Shown: one piece after another, positions 20,132 to 30,280 of the stretch
Layout: every line of letters begins with the position of its first letter
Numbering within the stretch: the first letter of the stretch is position 1
Notes under the pieces: generated by a model
Database searches by the model: none
Seen by the model: only the letters and a program-made list of their open reading frames with translations
What the model was told of the DNA's origin: nothing
Made by a program: the position numbers and the translations under genes
DNA from: a virus
Virus record (IMG/VR): IMGVR_UViG_3300033150_001234
Location: 1-64,000 of that record
DNA: 64,000 bases
Reading direction: 5' to 3' (one strand)

Positions 20132-20753
20132 TGGAGATATATAATATGAAACAGACACACATGGTTGAATGTTTATTATGTAAAAAGATGAGAGCTCTTG
20201 AGCAGATAGAAATGTTATTTGAAGACGGTTCCCCCATGTGTAAAATATGCGGTGATGAAATCAGAGGTTCATTCCATTACTACATAGAAGGCAATGAGAT
20301 TTCCGAGGAAGACTTTGACAAGAGAACTAAAAAGGAGAAGTAAGGTGGAAAAGAAAACAATAATTTATTCTTTTGGGTATTGCAGAGGTTGCGGAAAAGT
20401 AGAAGCCCTTCAAAATGGGTATTGTATAAAATGTACAAAAAAATTAGATTTTCCAGATATATTTAATGAATTATTAGGAGGTTTTAGAGATGCTAGATAG
20501 AAAAGAAAAATTAAAATTGAAAAGATTTACAATTGGCACTAATGTAATAAAGTATACAATAGGTTTACCATTATTGGTATGGTGGTCTTTCATATTTATT
20601 TATAAGATAATTAAACAGTTAATTTCATTATACATAAGTATTTCTTTATATCCGGAGACATTGCGAGAAAAATTAGAGTATTATCACCGATTAACGAGTG
20701 GATTGACTCAATTATGGTCACCTAATAAACTTGAATTTGAGAAGAGGTAAATC

Positions 20754-22160
20754 ATGGGTTGGAAGAATTCTTTAGATAGGAAAGATATTAGTAGCAATTC
20801 AGAGGGTAGAGATATAAATATAGCACCGTCAGAAAGATTATTAAAAGATAGCCGGGGACACATCGATGAATCTACTTCTTGGGTAATTACTGCAGGAGCA
20901 GGTTATATAGATAGAGATTTAAAGGTTGCGGGTGCATCAGAAGAAGATTTATGGAAAAAATATGTACTAAGTTCTTGGACAAGGGCATGTGTAGATAAGA
21001 TTATAAAGGAAACAGTTAAATATAGAATCAGGGTAGAAGCAAAAGATTCTGATAAGGCAGAGGACGCTCAAGTAAAAAGACATATCACGGAAGTAGAAAA
21101 ATTATTAGAAAATCCAAATAAAAAAGTTGAATCTTTTGATGATTTAAGAAGAAAATATTTAAGAGATATTTTAGTATATGATGCAGGAGCATTGGAAATA
21201 GTATATACCGGAAAAATACCTGTAGAAATATATGATTTAAAAGGTGCTAATATAAGATTGAATTTAGATAAGCATGGTAACTTCTTAAATCCTGACAAGA
21301 GTGCCTATAAATTAATCGACCAAAATAATTATGTAAAACCATTAGCAGATTTTTCAATTAAAGAATTAATATATATGATATCCAATCCAGTATCAGGTTC
21401 GGCTTACGGATTAAGTCCAATAGAAACGTTATGGGATGATATATGCAATGAAATAGAAGCTGCACAGTTTAACCAACGAATATTACACAATTCAGGATTA
21501 TTGAGTGGTGTGTTAGCCTTCCAGGGTATGTCGGAGCCTGAATTAAAAAAGAATCGTAGATACTGGATGGAAGAATTAAGGAGAAAGGGTCAAAAACTAA
21601 TAATCACAAATAATCCGAATGTAACCTTCACAAGAGTATCTGAAACGCAAAAGGATATGCAATTTTTAGAGTATCAGAAATGGTTGTTGAATAAAATAAT
21701 GGCAGTATATGGTATGCAGCCGATGGTATTAGGTGTAGTAGATATTACTACGGGTAAATTAAATTCATCTGAACAGAGAGAACAATTTAAACAAGATGCA
21801 ATACTACCATTATTAAAATTAGAAGCGCATAGGTTAACGGATGTATTGGTTAAGCAGGGATTTGGATTCGAGGACATAAAAATAACTCACATAGAACCTG
21901 AAAATGTTAATGAAGAATTTGATTTAGAAAAGATGAAAGAAGGCGGGAAGTTGGGGGTCATAACCATTAATGAAGCAAGAAGATTTATGAATTTACAACC
22001 ATTAGAAGATGGTGGAGACGTATTAATCGCACCATCAACAATGGCAAAGATTAAAGCATTGGTAGAAAAACAAGAATCACATGATGAAATAGTAGATATT
22101 AGAAATAGGATTAGAGATTTATTAGATACAGACGAAACAGTAGAATTATCAGAGGAATAA
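20754..22160 (+). CDS. Portal protein (HK97 family)
   Basis: RACVDKI, YGLSPIE, DMQFLE, VYGMQPMVLG, ITINEAR...L.PLEDGGD. Confidence 0.93.
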   Translation: MGWKNSLDRKDISSNSEGRDINIAPSERLLKDSRGHIDESTSWVITAGAGYIDRDLKVAGASEEDLWKKYVLSSWTRACVDKIIKETVKYRIRVEAKDSDKAEDAQVKRHITEVEKLLENPNKKVESFDDLRRKYLRDILVYDAGALEIVYTGKIPVEIYDLKGANIRLNLDKHGNFLNPDKSAYKLIDQNNYVKPLADFSIKELIYMISNPVSGSAYGLSPIETLWDDICNEIEAAQFNQRILHNSGLLSGVLAFQGMSEPELKKNRRYWMEELRRKGQKLIITNNPNVTFTRVSETQKDMQFLEYQKWLLNKIMAVYGMQPMVLGVVDITTGKLNSSEQREQFKQDAILPLLKLEAHRLTDVLVKQGFGFEDIKITHIEPENVNEEFDLEKMKEGGKLGVITINEARRFMNLQPLEDGGDVLIAPSTMAKIKALVEKQESHDEIVDIRNRIRDLLDTDETVELSEE

Positions 22161-22161
22161 C

Positions 22162-24411
22162 ATGGCAAATAAAATATACCCATTCACAATACCCTCAAAT
22201 TATACTTATGACGATACCAAAATAGAAGTGGTAGATGGAAAAGCCAAATTAAAAGTACAAACAAATCCAAATATTTATGCTCATTATCATTTGAATGAAG
22301 CAACGGGTGAAACGGTTATAGATTCTTCTGGAAATGGAAGAAGCGGAATTCCCGCAAATAGTCCTATTTCTGTTGCTGGCAAATTAAATAATAGTTTATC
22401 TTTTAATGGAAGTAGTCAATATATAAATTGTGGAAATATTGCTAAATTTGAAAGAACAGACTCATTTTCTATAGAATATTGGTTAAAAACAACATCAACT
22501 CGCCAAGAGATGATAATTTCTACGATAACTGATTCTCCGCATACTGGTTATCAAGTTCATATGACCGCAGGGAAAATTATACTTTGGCTTTGTAATAATT
22601 CAACGGGTAATTATTTAATGATAACTACGATAAATGCTGTTAATGATAATTTATTTCATCATATTATTATAACTTATGATGGTTCAAGTTCTTCTACAGG
22701 TGTTAATATTTATATAGATAATGTTTTACAAGCATTATCTGTTATTCAAAACAACTTAACTGCTACAATTTTAAATTCTAATAATTTTACTATAGCTCAA
22801 AAACCTAGCACACCTTCTAATCAATATTTTACAGGTTTAATAGATGAAGTAGTAATTTATGATAAAGAATTAGCACAGGAAGAAGTAACAGAAAGATGGA
22901 ATAACGGTAGTGGAACAGAAAATCTTTTAAATAGTGGTTATCCAACAGACAAGCCAACAATAAAATCCACAACTTCTTGGGAAATATCTGGACTTTCTCA
23001 ATTTACAGCATTTGTAGAAATTTTAGGTGGAGGAAATCAAGGAAGTGTAGTTTATCAATTATCAGATGATGAAGGTGTCAATTGGAGATACTGGAATGGA
23101 AGTTCATGGGCGATTACTGACGACCAATATAATGATATTTCAACGGTTCATACTAACATTGGGAGTTTTCCGGTAAGCAATGAGAAAATAATGTTTAGAG
23201 CATTCTTAATAAGTGATGGGTTACAACAATGCGAATTAGACACTTTAGAATTTACAATACTTGTAGGAGACCCTCCAGTAGTTTATGCGGGTGCAGACAA
23301 AATTTGCTATGACCATGAAACTATAAAATTATTTAGTGATGCAACTATTTCAGACCCTGACGGGGATATTGAACAAGCGAGTGTTTGGTATAATATAGAA
23401 GGAAGCGGGTGGATTCATATTCTTAAAGGTGAATATGGTACGTTACAAGAAGCTGTTAGAAATTTTCAATATACTTTTGATAATATAGGAGTAATAAATT
23501 ATCAACTAAAAGTTATAGACCAAACAAGTAAAGAAACAATAGATGACTTAAATATGACAGTTCAAAAATATACCGTAACTTTTAATGTTAAAGATAAAGA
23601 TGGAAATTATTTAGCAAATTTTCAATTTTTACCAGATGATGGTTCAGATTGGCAAACTTTAAATAGTCCTTTTACTTGGGATTATGTTTGGAAATCAGGT
23701 GATTATAAAGTTATTTTTGATAAGGTAGGTTTTCAGACAGCAAAGGCAGATGTAGAAGTAAGTGTACACATTGAAAATATAACCATGACTGTTTTAGGGG
23801 CAGTGAGTCCAGAAGAAGTAGCAGATGCAGTATGGGATGAATTAAGAAGTGGACATGTAATAGTAAATTCATTCGGCGATACAAATCAAAAGAAAGTTCC
23901 AAGTGAAAATATAAATGATTATAAAGCAGATGTATCTGATTTAAACGGTATTAAAATAAATACTGATAAGATACAAGACATAAAAACAGAAACTGATAAA
24001 TTAGATAGTATTAGAACTGAAACAGACAAAATACCGGATGTAAAAATAGAAACTGATAAAATGGATAGTGTAAAGACAGAAACAAATAAGATTCAATCTA
24101 TTAAATCTAAAACGGATAATATACCTACAGACCCAACAAGTGAGACGAATGCTATTATAAATAAAAATGAAACAGAAGTAAAGATAGATAATAGTGAGAC
24201 ATTGATAAGAAGGGTATTAGGATTGGTACAAGAAAACTTTAGAATATTTTCACCTGTATTTGATGAAAATGGTAATTTGCTTTCAAGTACTGTTAAAATA
24301 TATAGTTCAAAGGGTGATTGTGATACAGATGTTAATTCAATAGCTATTTATAACTTGGTAGCAACATATACCAATGGCTTATTAGCAACATATAAGGTTA
24401 CAAAGGAGTAA
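22162..24411 (+). CDS. LamG/concanavalin-like domain virion protein with Ig/PKD-like domains and 10-aa repeats
   Basis: YHLNE..G..VIDSSGN, FSIEYW, HHIIITYD, FTGLIDEVVIYDKEL; PVVYAGAD; IKTETDK repeats ~23950-24125. Confidence 0.85.
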   Translation: MANKIYPFTIPSNYTYDDTKIEVVDGKAKLKVQTNPNIYAHYHLNEATGETVIDSSGNGRSGIPANSPISVAGKLNNSLSFNGSSQYINCGNIAKFERTDSFSIEYWLKTTSTRQEMIISTITDSPHTGYQVHMTAGKIILWLCNNSTGNYLMITTINAVNDNLFHHIIITYDGSSSSTGVNIYIDNVLQALSVIQNNLTATILNSNNFTIAQKPSTPSNQYFTGLIDEVVIYDKELAQEEVTERWNNGSGTENLLNSGYPTDKPTIKSTTSWEISGLSQFTAFVEILGGGNQGSVVYQLSDDEGVNWRYWNGSSWAITDDQYNDISTVHTNIGSFPVSNEKIMFRAFLISDGLQQCELDTLEFTILVGDPPVVYAGADKICYDHETIKLFSDATISDPDGDIEQASVWYNIEGSGWIHILKGEYGTLQEAVRNFQYTFDNIGVINYQLKVIDQTSKETIDDLNMTVQKYTVTFNVKDKDGNYLANFQFLPDDGSDWQTLNSPFTWDYVWKSGDYKVIFDKVGFQTAKADVEVSVHIENITMTVLGAVSPEEVADAVWDELRSGHVIVNSFGDTNQKKVPSENINDYKADVSDLNGIKINTDKIQDIKTETDKLDSIRTETDKIPDVKIETDKMDSVKTETNKIQSIKSKTDNIPTDPTSETNAIINKNETEVKIDNSETLIRRVLGLVQENFRIFSPVFDENGNLLSSTVKIYSSKGDCDTDVNSIAIYNLVATYTNGLLATYKVTKE

Positions 24412-24412
24412 A

Positions 24413-24571
24413 ATGAGTATCTCATTATTAACAAAAGGATTTATAGGCGCAGGAGATATAACAATTCAACGTATTCAAAGGTTAGAATTTAATGTAGAAA
24501 TAGATTTTACAAGACTTGAGGTAGAGATTACAGCACCAAGGTTTGAGGTAGATGTAGAAATGGATAATTAA
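24413..24571 (+). CDS. Small acidic beta-strand protein (52 aa, not in ORF track)
   Basis: AGGAG RBS; alternating E/V/I pattern. Confidence 0.65.
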   Translation: MSISLLTKGFIGAGDITIQRIQRLEFNVEIDFTRLEVEITAPRFEVDVEMDN

Positions 24572-24582
24572 AAGGAGATAAA

Positions 24583-24903
24583 ATGAAGGTATTAGTAGTT
24601 ACCCAAAACGATAAGGGCTATGATATTTTATTTACGATAAAAGATAGTACTGGAGTAGTTGTAGGATTAACGGATGTAACTGGGATTAAGTTTCAGGTTG
24701 CTACTCAAAATGACTATACTACATTATTAGATGGCGCATGTGTAATTACAGACGTACTAAGCGGTAAGTGTAAATATACTGTAAAAGAAGGTAATTTTCC
24801 AAACTGTCAGAATTATTATGGTGTGTTACGATTAACATATTCAGATGGCAGAATATTATCAGTAAAGAAATTTTATGTAAATGTTGAACCTGAGATGGCT
24901 TAA
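24583..24903 (+). CDS. BppU N-terminal-like Ig-fold protein
   Basis: VTQND....FTIKD..G..V.LT, GKCKY, Y.G.L.LTY.DG. Confidence 0.75.
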   Translation: MKVLVVTQNDKGYDILFTIKDSTGVVVGLTDVTGIKFQVATQNDYTTLLDGACVITDVLSGKCKYTVKEGNFPNCQNYYGVLRLTYSDGRILSVKKFYVNVEPEMA

Positions 24904-24921
24904 AAATAGTTTGGTAAAGCT

Positions 24922-26541
24922 ATGAAAAATAAACAAGATAATTTATTTATATTATTAAATCTGTTAGAAGAATTAGAAGATACGATAGATTACGATAAAT
25001 ATTATACTCCATTTGACAAAATAGTTAGTAGAGATAAGAAATCTTTAATTAATTTAGATAGAGAAGAAGCCGAATTAATCAAATTAATAAGAGCATATAT
25101 TAGAGAAAGTATTTCAGTAGGTATAAATCTTCTCACCACAACAAAAGAAGAACCTCAAATAGAAATCTCACCTGTAGTAACAGAAACCAAAGCAATTGAT
25201 TTATCTAAGGCCTATTCTTGGCAACAATTTGAAAGATGGAATAGAGAGATAAATGACAAGATGGGTCAAGTGCGTCAAGATTTTGCAAATAAAATGGTTA
25301 TACCCGTATCAGTATCTTATGGAAAAGGTTTTGAAAAAGCAATGAAAGATGTAGGAGTTAAACCTAATACCAATTGGATGTATATGGATGTATACCAGGT
25401 ACCGAGATTAAAAAATATATTATTGCTACAACATATAAATATGGATTTACAATTAGAGATGCGTACAGCGATAGTAGATGGTATAAGAGCAGGTGAAGGT
25501 ACGAGTAAAATAGCTAAAAGATTAAGGAGAGTTCAAGATACTCCCAAGCACGTGACAGTACCTCCCAAGCTAGACCCTAAGACAGGTGCAATAATACGTA
25601 AGGGATACGAGTATGACATATCTAGTAAAAGATATTCTGAAATAGTAGCTAGAACAGAAACTAGTAAGGCAGTAAATATGGGTAGGATAGATTCTTATAA
25701 AAAAAGTGAGGTTGTGAAAAGTGTAGAAGTATTAACCGCAGGAGATAACAGAGTATGTGACATATGTGAACCATTAGATAGACAAATTTTTAGTTTAGCA
25801 GAAGCTGAAGCGGTAATACCAATCCATGCACAATGTAGATGTACTTGGACGATACATGATTATAAAGAGGGTGAAGAAGATAAAGAAAAAATTCAAGAAA
25901 GATATGAAGTAGATGATATAAGTAAAGTAGTTAACACTTCGCCGATAGGAGTACCGGAAGGAATTAAACAAACTACTGCAGATATATTAAGATTTAAAAA
26001 TCATTTAAAACATTTTGGATTAGATAATGTTAGGGGTAAAGAATTATATAAAAATAAATTAAAAGAACAGTTAAAGAAATTAAATATAACATTTGGAAAG
26101 AGTTTCATATCAGATGATATAAATCATTTATATACATTACATACTATTAAGAATACTACTATTAATTTAAAAAATAGTATTAAATTACCAATACCAAAAA
26201 CGTATTTAAGGTATACCCCTAAATTAGATAAGGTAAAAAATATTTTAGGACGACATTTATATGAACCTGATTTTAAGTTACACAATATTACAATTACCGA
26301 TAAAGGTATACACACTCATCTAACAAGAACTTTTTCGCACGAGATGGGACATTCTTTAGAGTATCATTTAAAGTATGGTATGCCCAGGACAAATAACTAT
26401 ATTACAAGTTATGCAAAGAAAAATACATCGGAAGATTTTGCAGAAACATTCGCCCATATGTTATTAAATCCAAGTAAGGTTAAAAGAATATGTCCAGAAA
26501 AATATAAGTTTTTTCAAGAATATGTATTAAAGGGTATATAA
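24922..26541 (+). CDS. MuF/SPP1 gp7 minor head protein with C-terminal zincin metallopeptidase
   Basis: VARTET, TAGDNRVCDIC, PIHAQCRC; C-terminal HEMGH...TSYAKKN.SEDFAETF. Confidence 0.88.
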   Translation: MKNKQDNLFILLNLLEELEDTIDYDKYYTPFDKIVSRDKKSLINLDREEAELIKLIRAYIRESISVGINLLTTTKEEPQIEISPVVTETKAIDLSKAYSWQQFERWNREINDKMGQVRQDFANKMVIPVSVSYGKGFEKAMKDVGVKPNTNWMYMDVYQVPRLKNILLLQHINMDLQLEMRTAIVDGIRAGEGTSKIAKRLRRVQDTPKHVTVPPKLDPKTGAIIRKGYEYDISSKRYSEIVARTETSKAVNMGRIDSYKKSEVVKSVEVLTAGDNRVCDICEPLDRQIFSLAEAEAVIPIHAQCRCTWTIHDYKEGEEDKEKIQERYEVDDISKVVNTSPIGVPEGIKQTTADILRFKNHLKHFGLDNVRGKELYKNKLKEQLKKLNITFGKSFISDDINHLYTLHTIKNTTINLKNSIKLPIPKTYLRYTPKLDKVKNILGRHLYEPDFKLHNITITDKGIHTHLTRTFSHEMGHSLEYHLKYGMPRTNNYITSYAKKNTSEDFAETFAHMLLNPSKVKRICPEKYKFFQEYVLKGI

Positions 26542-26558
26542 TATATATAGAGGATAAT

Positions 26559-26831
26559 ATGAAAAATAAAATTATATTAAGAGGAAGTGAAGTCATTATA
26601 ATACATGATAAGAATAAGGTTAAAGAATATAAGGGAGATGAAACACTTATTTCTTTAATTAAACCTTATTTTGAACAACCCATAGAAACAATTACAGGCA
26701 GCAGTCACAGGGAAAAGGATATCGTAACATACATTGAAGAGGTAGTAACTCTAAAACCAGGTGATGAAAATTATATTGATGCAATATTATTAGATATACT
26801 TCAAAATAAATTGGGGATGACAATAGAATAA
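26559..26831 (+). CDS. Small protein following MuF-peptidase (candidate immunity)
   Basis: Position 18 nt downstream, 90 aa, GAGGA RBS; function inferred only. Confidence 0.5.
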   Translation: MKNKIILRGSEVIIIHDKNKVKEYKGDETLISLIKPYFEQPIETITGSSHREKDIVTYIEEVVTLKPGDENYIDAILLDILQNKLGMTIE

Positions 26832-29529
26832 TGGGTGAAAGAATTAAATGTGATAAATGTAAAAAAGAATTTAATGAAAAAGATTGGAAAGGAAAAATAC
26901 ATGAAATAATTGATGAATTTGATACTGAGTATCGTTTTGATATTTGTTACGAATGCGAACAAACTTTAACAGCAGATTTTTTAAAAACAGCAGCTTCATT
27001 TTTTACATTATCAAATAACATAACAGTTTGGAGAGTAGTTCAATAATAATCGATTTAAAGGGAGGGTTAAGAGAATGGCAGAAGAAGTAAAAAAAAGTAT
27101 GGGAGAAGATGCAGCACTTAAGGCAGCACAACTCAAGGCAAGAATGAAACTTATTATAAAACGAAGGAAACATTATAAAATATTAAAGTTTTTCAACGTT
27201 ATACCCTTAATGCATGATTGTCAAGTAGCTATAAAGTTATTAGGTGCCCCTGTAAGTATAAGCACACAGTTATATACAGCATGTCCTATATGCAAAAAAA
27301 CATTTACAGTTGAGCCCCCGAAAAAGCAAGTACAGCAAGGTCCTCAGCCGACAAATGCAACGGCACCAATCAGAAAGAAAGCTGCAAAAAGAAGTTAACC
27401 TTTAGTATATAATAAATATATTAAAGAGTATTAAGTTGAGGGGAATATTGTAATGTTCCAAATAAAAATTATACGTGATGATAGATGTAAAAATCATTTT
27501 TGTCAGGATTCTAAACACCCTTCTATTTATAGGTGTAGTGAATCGCTATTTATAAAATTTCAGCGTAGTCCATTGATTTTGACAGATGATAAACTTAAAA
27601 AACACCCTAATCACTTTTGGTTAGATATCAATAAACAAGGGATAATAGGATGATTGAGGGTAGGGAATTTAAAAGTGGAAAAAAAGAAAAACGTAGTAGA
27701 AGAGATTAAAAAAATAATTTGCGGTGATTGTAAGGCAATAGTAACTGAATGTAAATTATGTTTAAAAAATAGACAAGTTATATGTTTAAATAATTTGTTT
27801 TACAATATTTTAAAAGGTGAACGCCAAAGAATTCAAGTAAATATTGAGGGTCTTAATGTTGAGAAAGTACTTGAAGATATGTATAAAAATAAGGGGAGTG
27901 CAGATTTACTTAAGAACATTTTAATTTGGATTGTTAATGGAAAACCTATTTTAAAGGGCACTCAAAATGAAAAAAGTATTAAGGATAAAAAAGAAACTGG
28001 ATGAAGTAGTAACTAATTTTAATAATCAAATAACAATATTGGAAGCCACTAATGATTGTAAAATACATCACTTTTCCTATTTAGACATTATAATCAAAGA
28101 TATGAAGCAACATATTTTTTATTCAAAGAAGGGCAAATCATTATGATATGGCAAATAAAAAAACTCAATAGTTATACAGTTTCTAATACAATTTGGAGTA
28201 CACTCTAAAATGTGTAAACCCATTGAGTTATCAGAATTATTAGAACTTAGAGAAATATCTTTAAAATTAAGAGAATATGCTGCAAGATTAGTTGAGTTTG
28301 AAGATAAGCACATATTTGCAAAAGCAATGAGAGAAAGTCTTGATGAATGCATAACAGAATTAGATAAGGTGCACCATGCACTCGATATAGATATTTATAG
28401 AATAGAAAAGAGTGAATAATATATGAGCAGAGTTACAGTTATGAAAGACGTATTACAAAATCTATATATCCTGTGGAAAAGTCATCCTAAGTTGAGATTG
28501 GGTCAAGTTATAACTGTGCTCAATGCTGATTTAAAAAAAGAATTGTATGATATTTCCGATAAGGAGTTTTTAGTACAGATTAAACGGGAGTTGCAAAAGT
28601 GTTAAAAACTAAATTTAAATGTCCTAAATGCGGTCAGAAAGTAGTTATCGAGGGTACGACTAAGCAAATGTGCCCTTATTGCGGTTATATTAAGAAAGAA
28701 AGACCTGATAAAACCGTAAGGAGAACCTGGAATATAAATCCATTTGAGAAAATACTTCAAAAGAAATCTAAAGAATTACCTGAGCAAGAAGACATCGAGG
28801 AGAGGCTTGATTAATTATGAAATATGTCGGACATATTAATATAGGGAATAATCAGGCAGGTAAGGGAGACGGTTATCGCCCAAAATCAAAATGTCCTAAT
28901 GAAAAACTCTTCTTTACATTAAAGCAAGTTAAGGAATTTGAGAGTAAGCATAAAGGGATGCATTGTTATTTGTGTAAAAGAAGAATTCACATTTCAAGAA
29001 CCTTTTTACTATACGGAAAAAAGCTCGTAGTTTGCGACAAATGTGAAAAAGGGGTGTATATGTAATGAGAATGTCCTATTGCGATTTATGTGGTGCACCC
29101 GTACGCGATACAAGGTATTTCATGTTGATAGTAAAAGGAACAAGTGATGATAGTTACGCTATACCCAAAATAAATAACTTATATGATGTAGACAGAAAAG
29201 AAATTTGTGGAAATTGTAAAAAGATTTTAGATAGGTTGTTCGTAGGTAAATTACAGGCTTTAAAGGATATTAATAAGGAAATTGAAAGACTTTTTAGGTT
29301 ATCTAGTTAGGGAGAACATACTATGAAAAAAAAGAAGAAAAAGGAAGTAAGATATGTCAGATATCCAAAAGAAGCTTATCGCAACACAATAAAATTGAGA
29401 TGCTATATCTGTAAAGAAGTATCTCATATAACTGTAAATCACGATTGGGAAAAAACATATACTGAAGAAGTCATTAAACGCTGGACTTGCTGGAAATGTC
29501 GCCCGAGGAAAAGTGGAAAGATATATTAG
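26831..29529 (+). CDS. Run of about 11 small ORFs, most with CxxC pairs
   Basis: e.g. CDKC/CYEC, CPIC, CGDC/CKLC, CPKC/CPYC, CYLC/CDKC, CDLC/CGNC, CYIC/CWKC. Confidence 0.65.
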
Positions 29530-29606
29530 AGAACCGCTCTTAAAGCCCTGCCCGTAATATTAATCTAAATATAAAATACCCACTTATTTATAGTTTCTTT
29601 ACTAAT

Positions 29607-29936
29607 ATGGAAACTATCTTAATCCCAATACTTATACAAATATTATTAGTTATACTATGTATGGGTATAACTATTCTTGTTATAAAATTAAATAATTTAT
29701 TCAAGAAAAAACATATTGAAATTGAGCAAGAATTATTAGCAAGAGTAGTAGGGGTAGCAGTATCTTGGGTAGAACAAGAACATTTTGATGATGATAATTC
29801 TAATAAATATTCTTTAGTATATCAGTATGTAGAGGATAAATTAGATGTATGGGGTTGCAAGATTGAACCAGAAGATATACAAAAGGTAATCGAAGCTACA
29901 CTGAATACATTTAAGAGACTAAAAGGGAAAAAATAA
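29607..29936 (+). CDS. Holin, LL-H-like
   Basis: Single N-terminal TM, AVSWVEQ, K...V..Y....L, IEA, basic C-terminus. Confidence 0.7.
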   Translation: METILIPILIQILLVILCMGITILVIKLNNLFKKKHIEIEQELLARVVGVAVSWVEQEHFDDDNSNKYSLVYQYVEDKLDVWGCKIEPEDIQKVIEATLNTFKRLKGKK

Positions 29937-29938
29937 TT

Positions 29939-30280
29939 ATGGCTAATTTGAACGATTTTTATCGAGGCGATACTAAAGTATATAATTTAACCTTCAAAGA
30001 TGGTGACGGCGTAGTGATAGACATTACGGGTTGGGTAATATTAATGACCTTTAAGGTAAGTCCACACGATGCTGATGCAGAAGCAGCAGTACAGGAAACA
30101 GCAGTATTAACAAATCCTACTGCAGGGGAAGCTAGGGTTACACTGTCATATGAGGTGACAGATGATTTACTCGGTAGATATTTTTACGGTATACAGGCTA
30201 AAAAAGAAGGTGGTAGTATAGGTACCGTAACAAGTGGTTTTGTTATTGTTAAATATGATGCAACAAGGAGTACAGTATAA
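29939..30280 (+). CDS. BppU N-terminal-like Ig-fold protein
   Basis: FYRGDT....TFKD.DG..IDITGW...T.K, G...VTLS...T, Y.YGIQ. Confidence 0.75.
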   Translation: MANLNDFYRGDTKVYNLTFKDGDGVVIDITGWVILMTFKVSPHDADAEAAVQETAVLTNPTAGEARVTLSYEVTDDLLGRYFYGIQAKKEGGSIGTVTSGFVIVKYDATRSTV

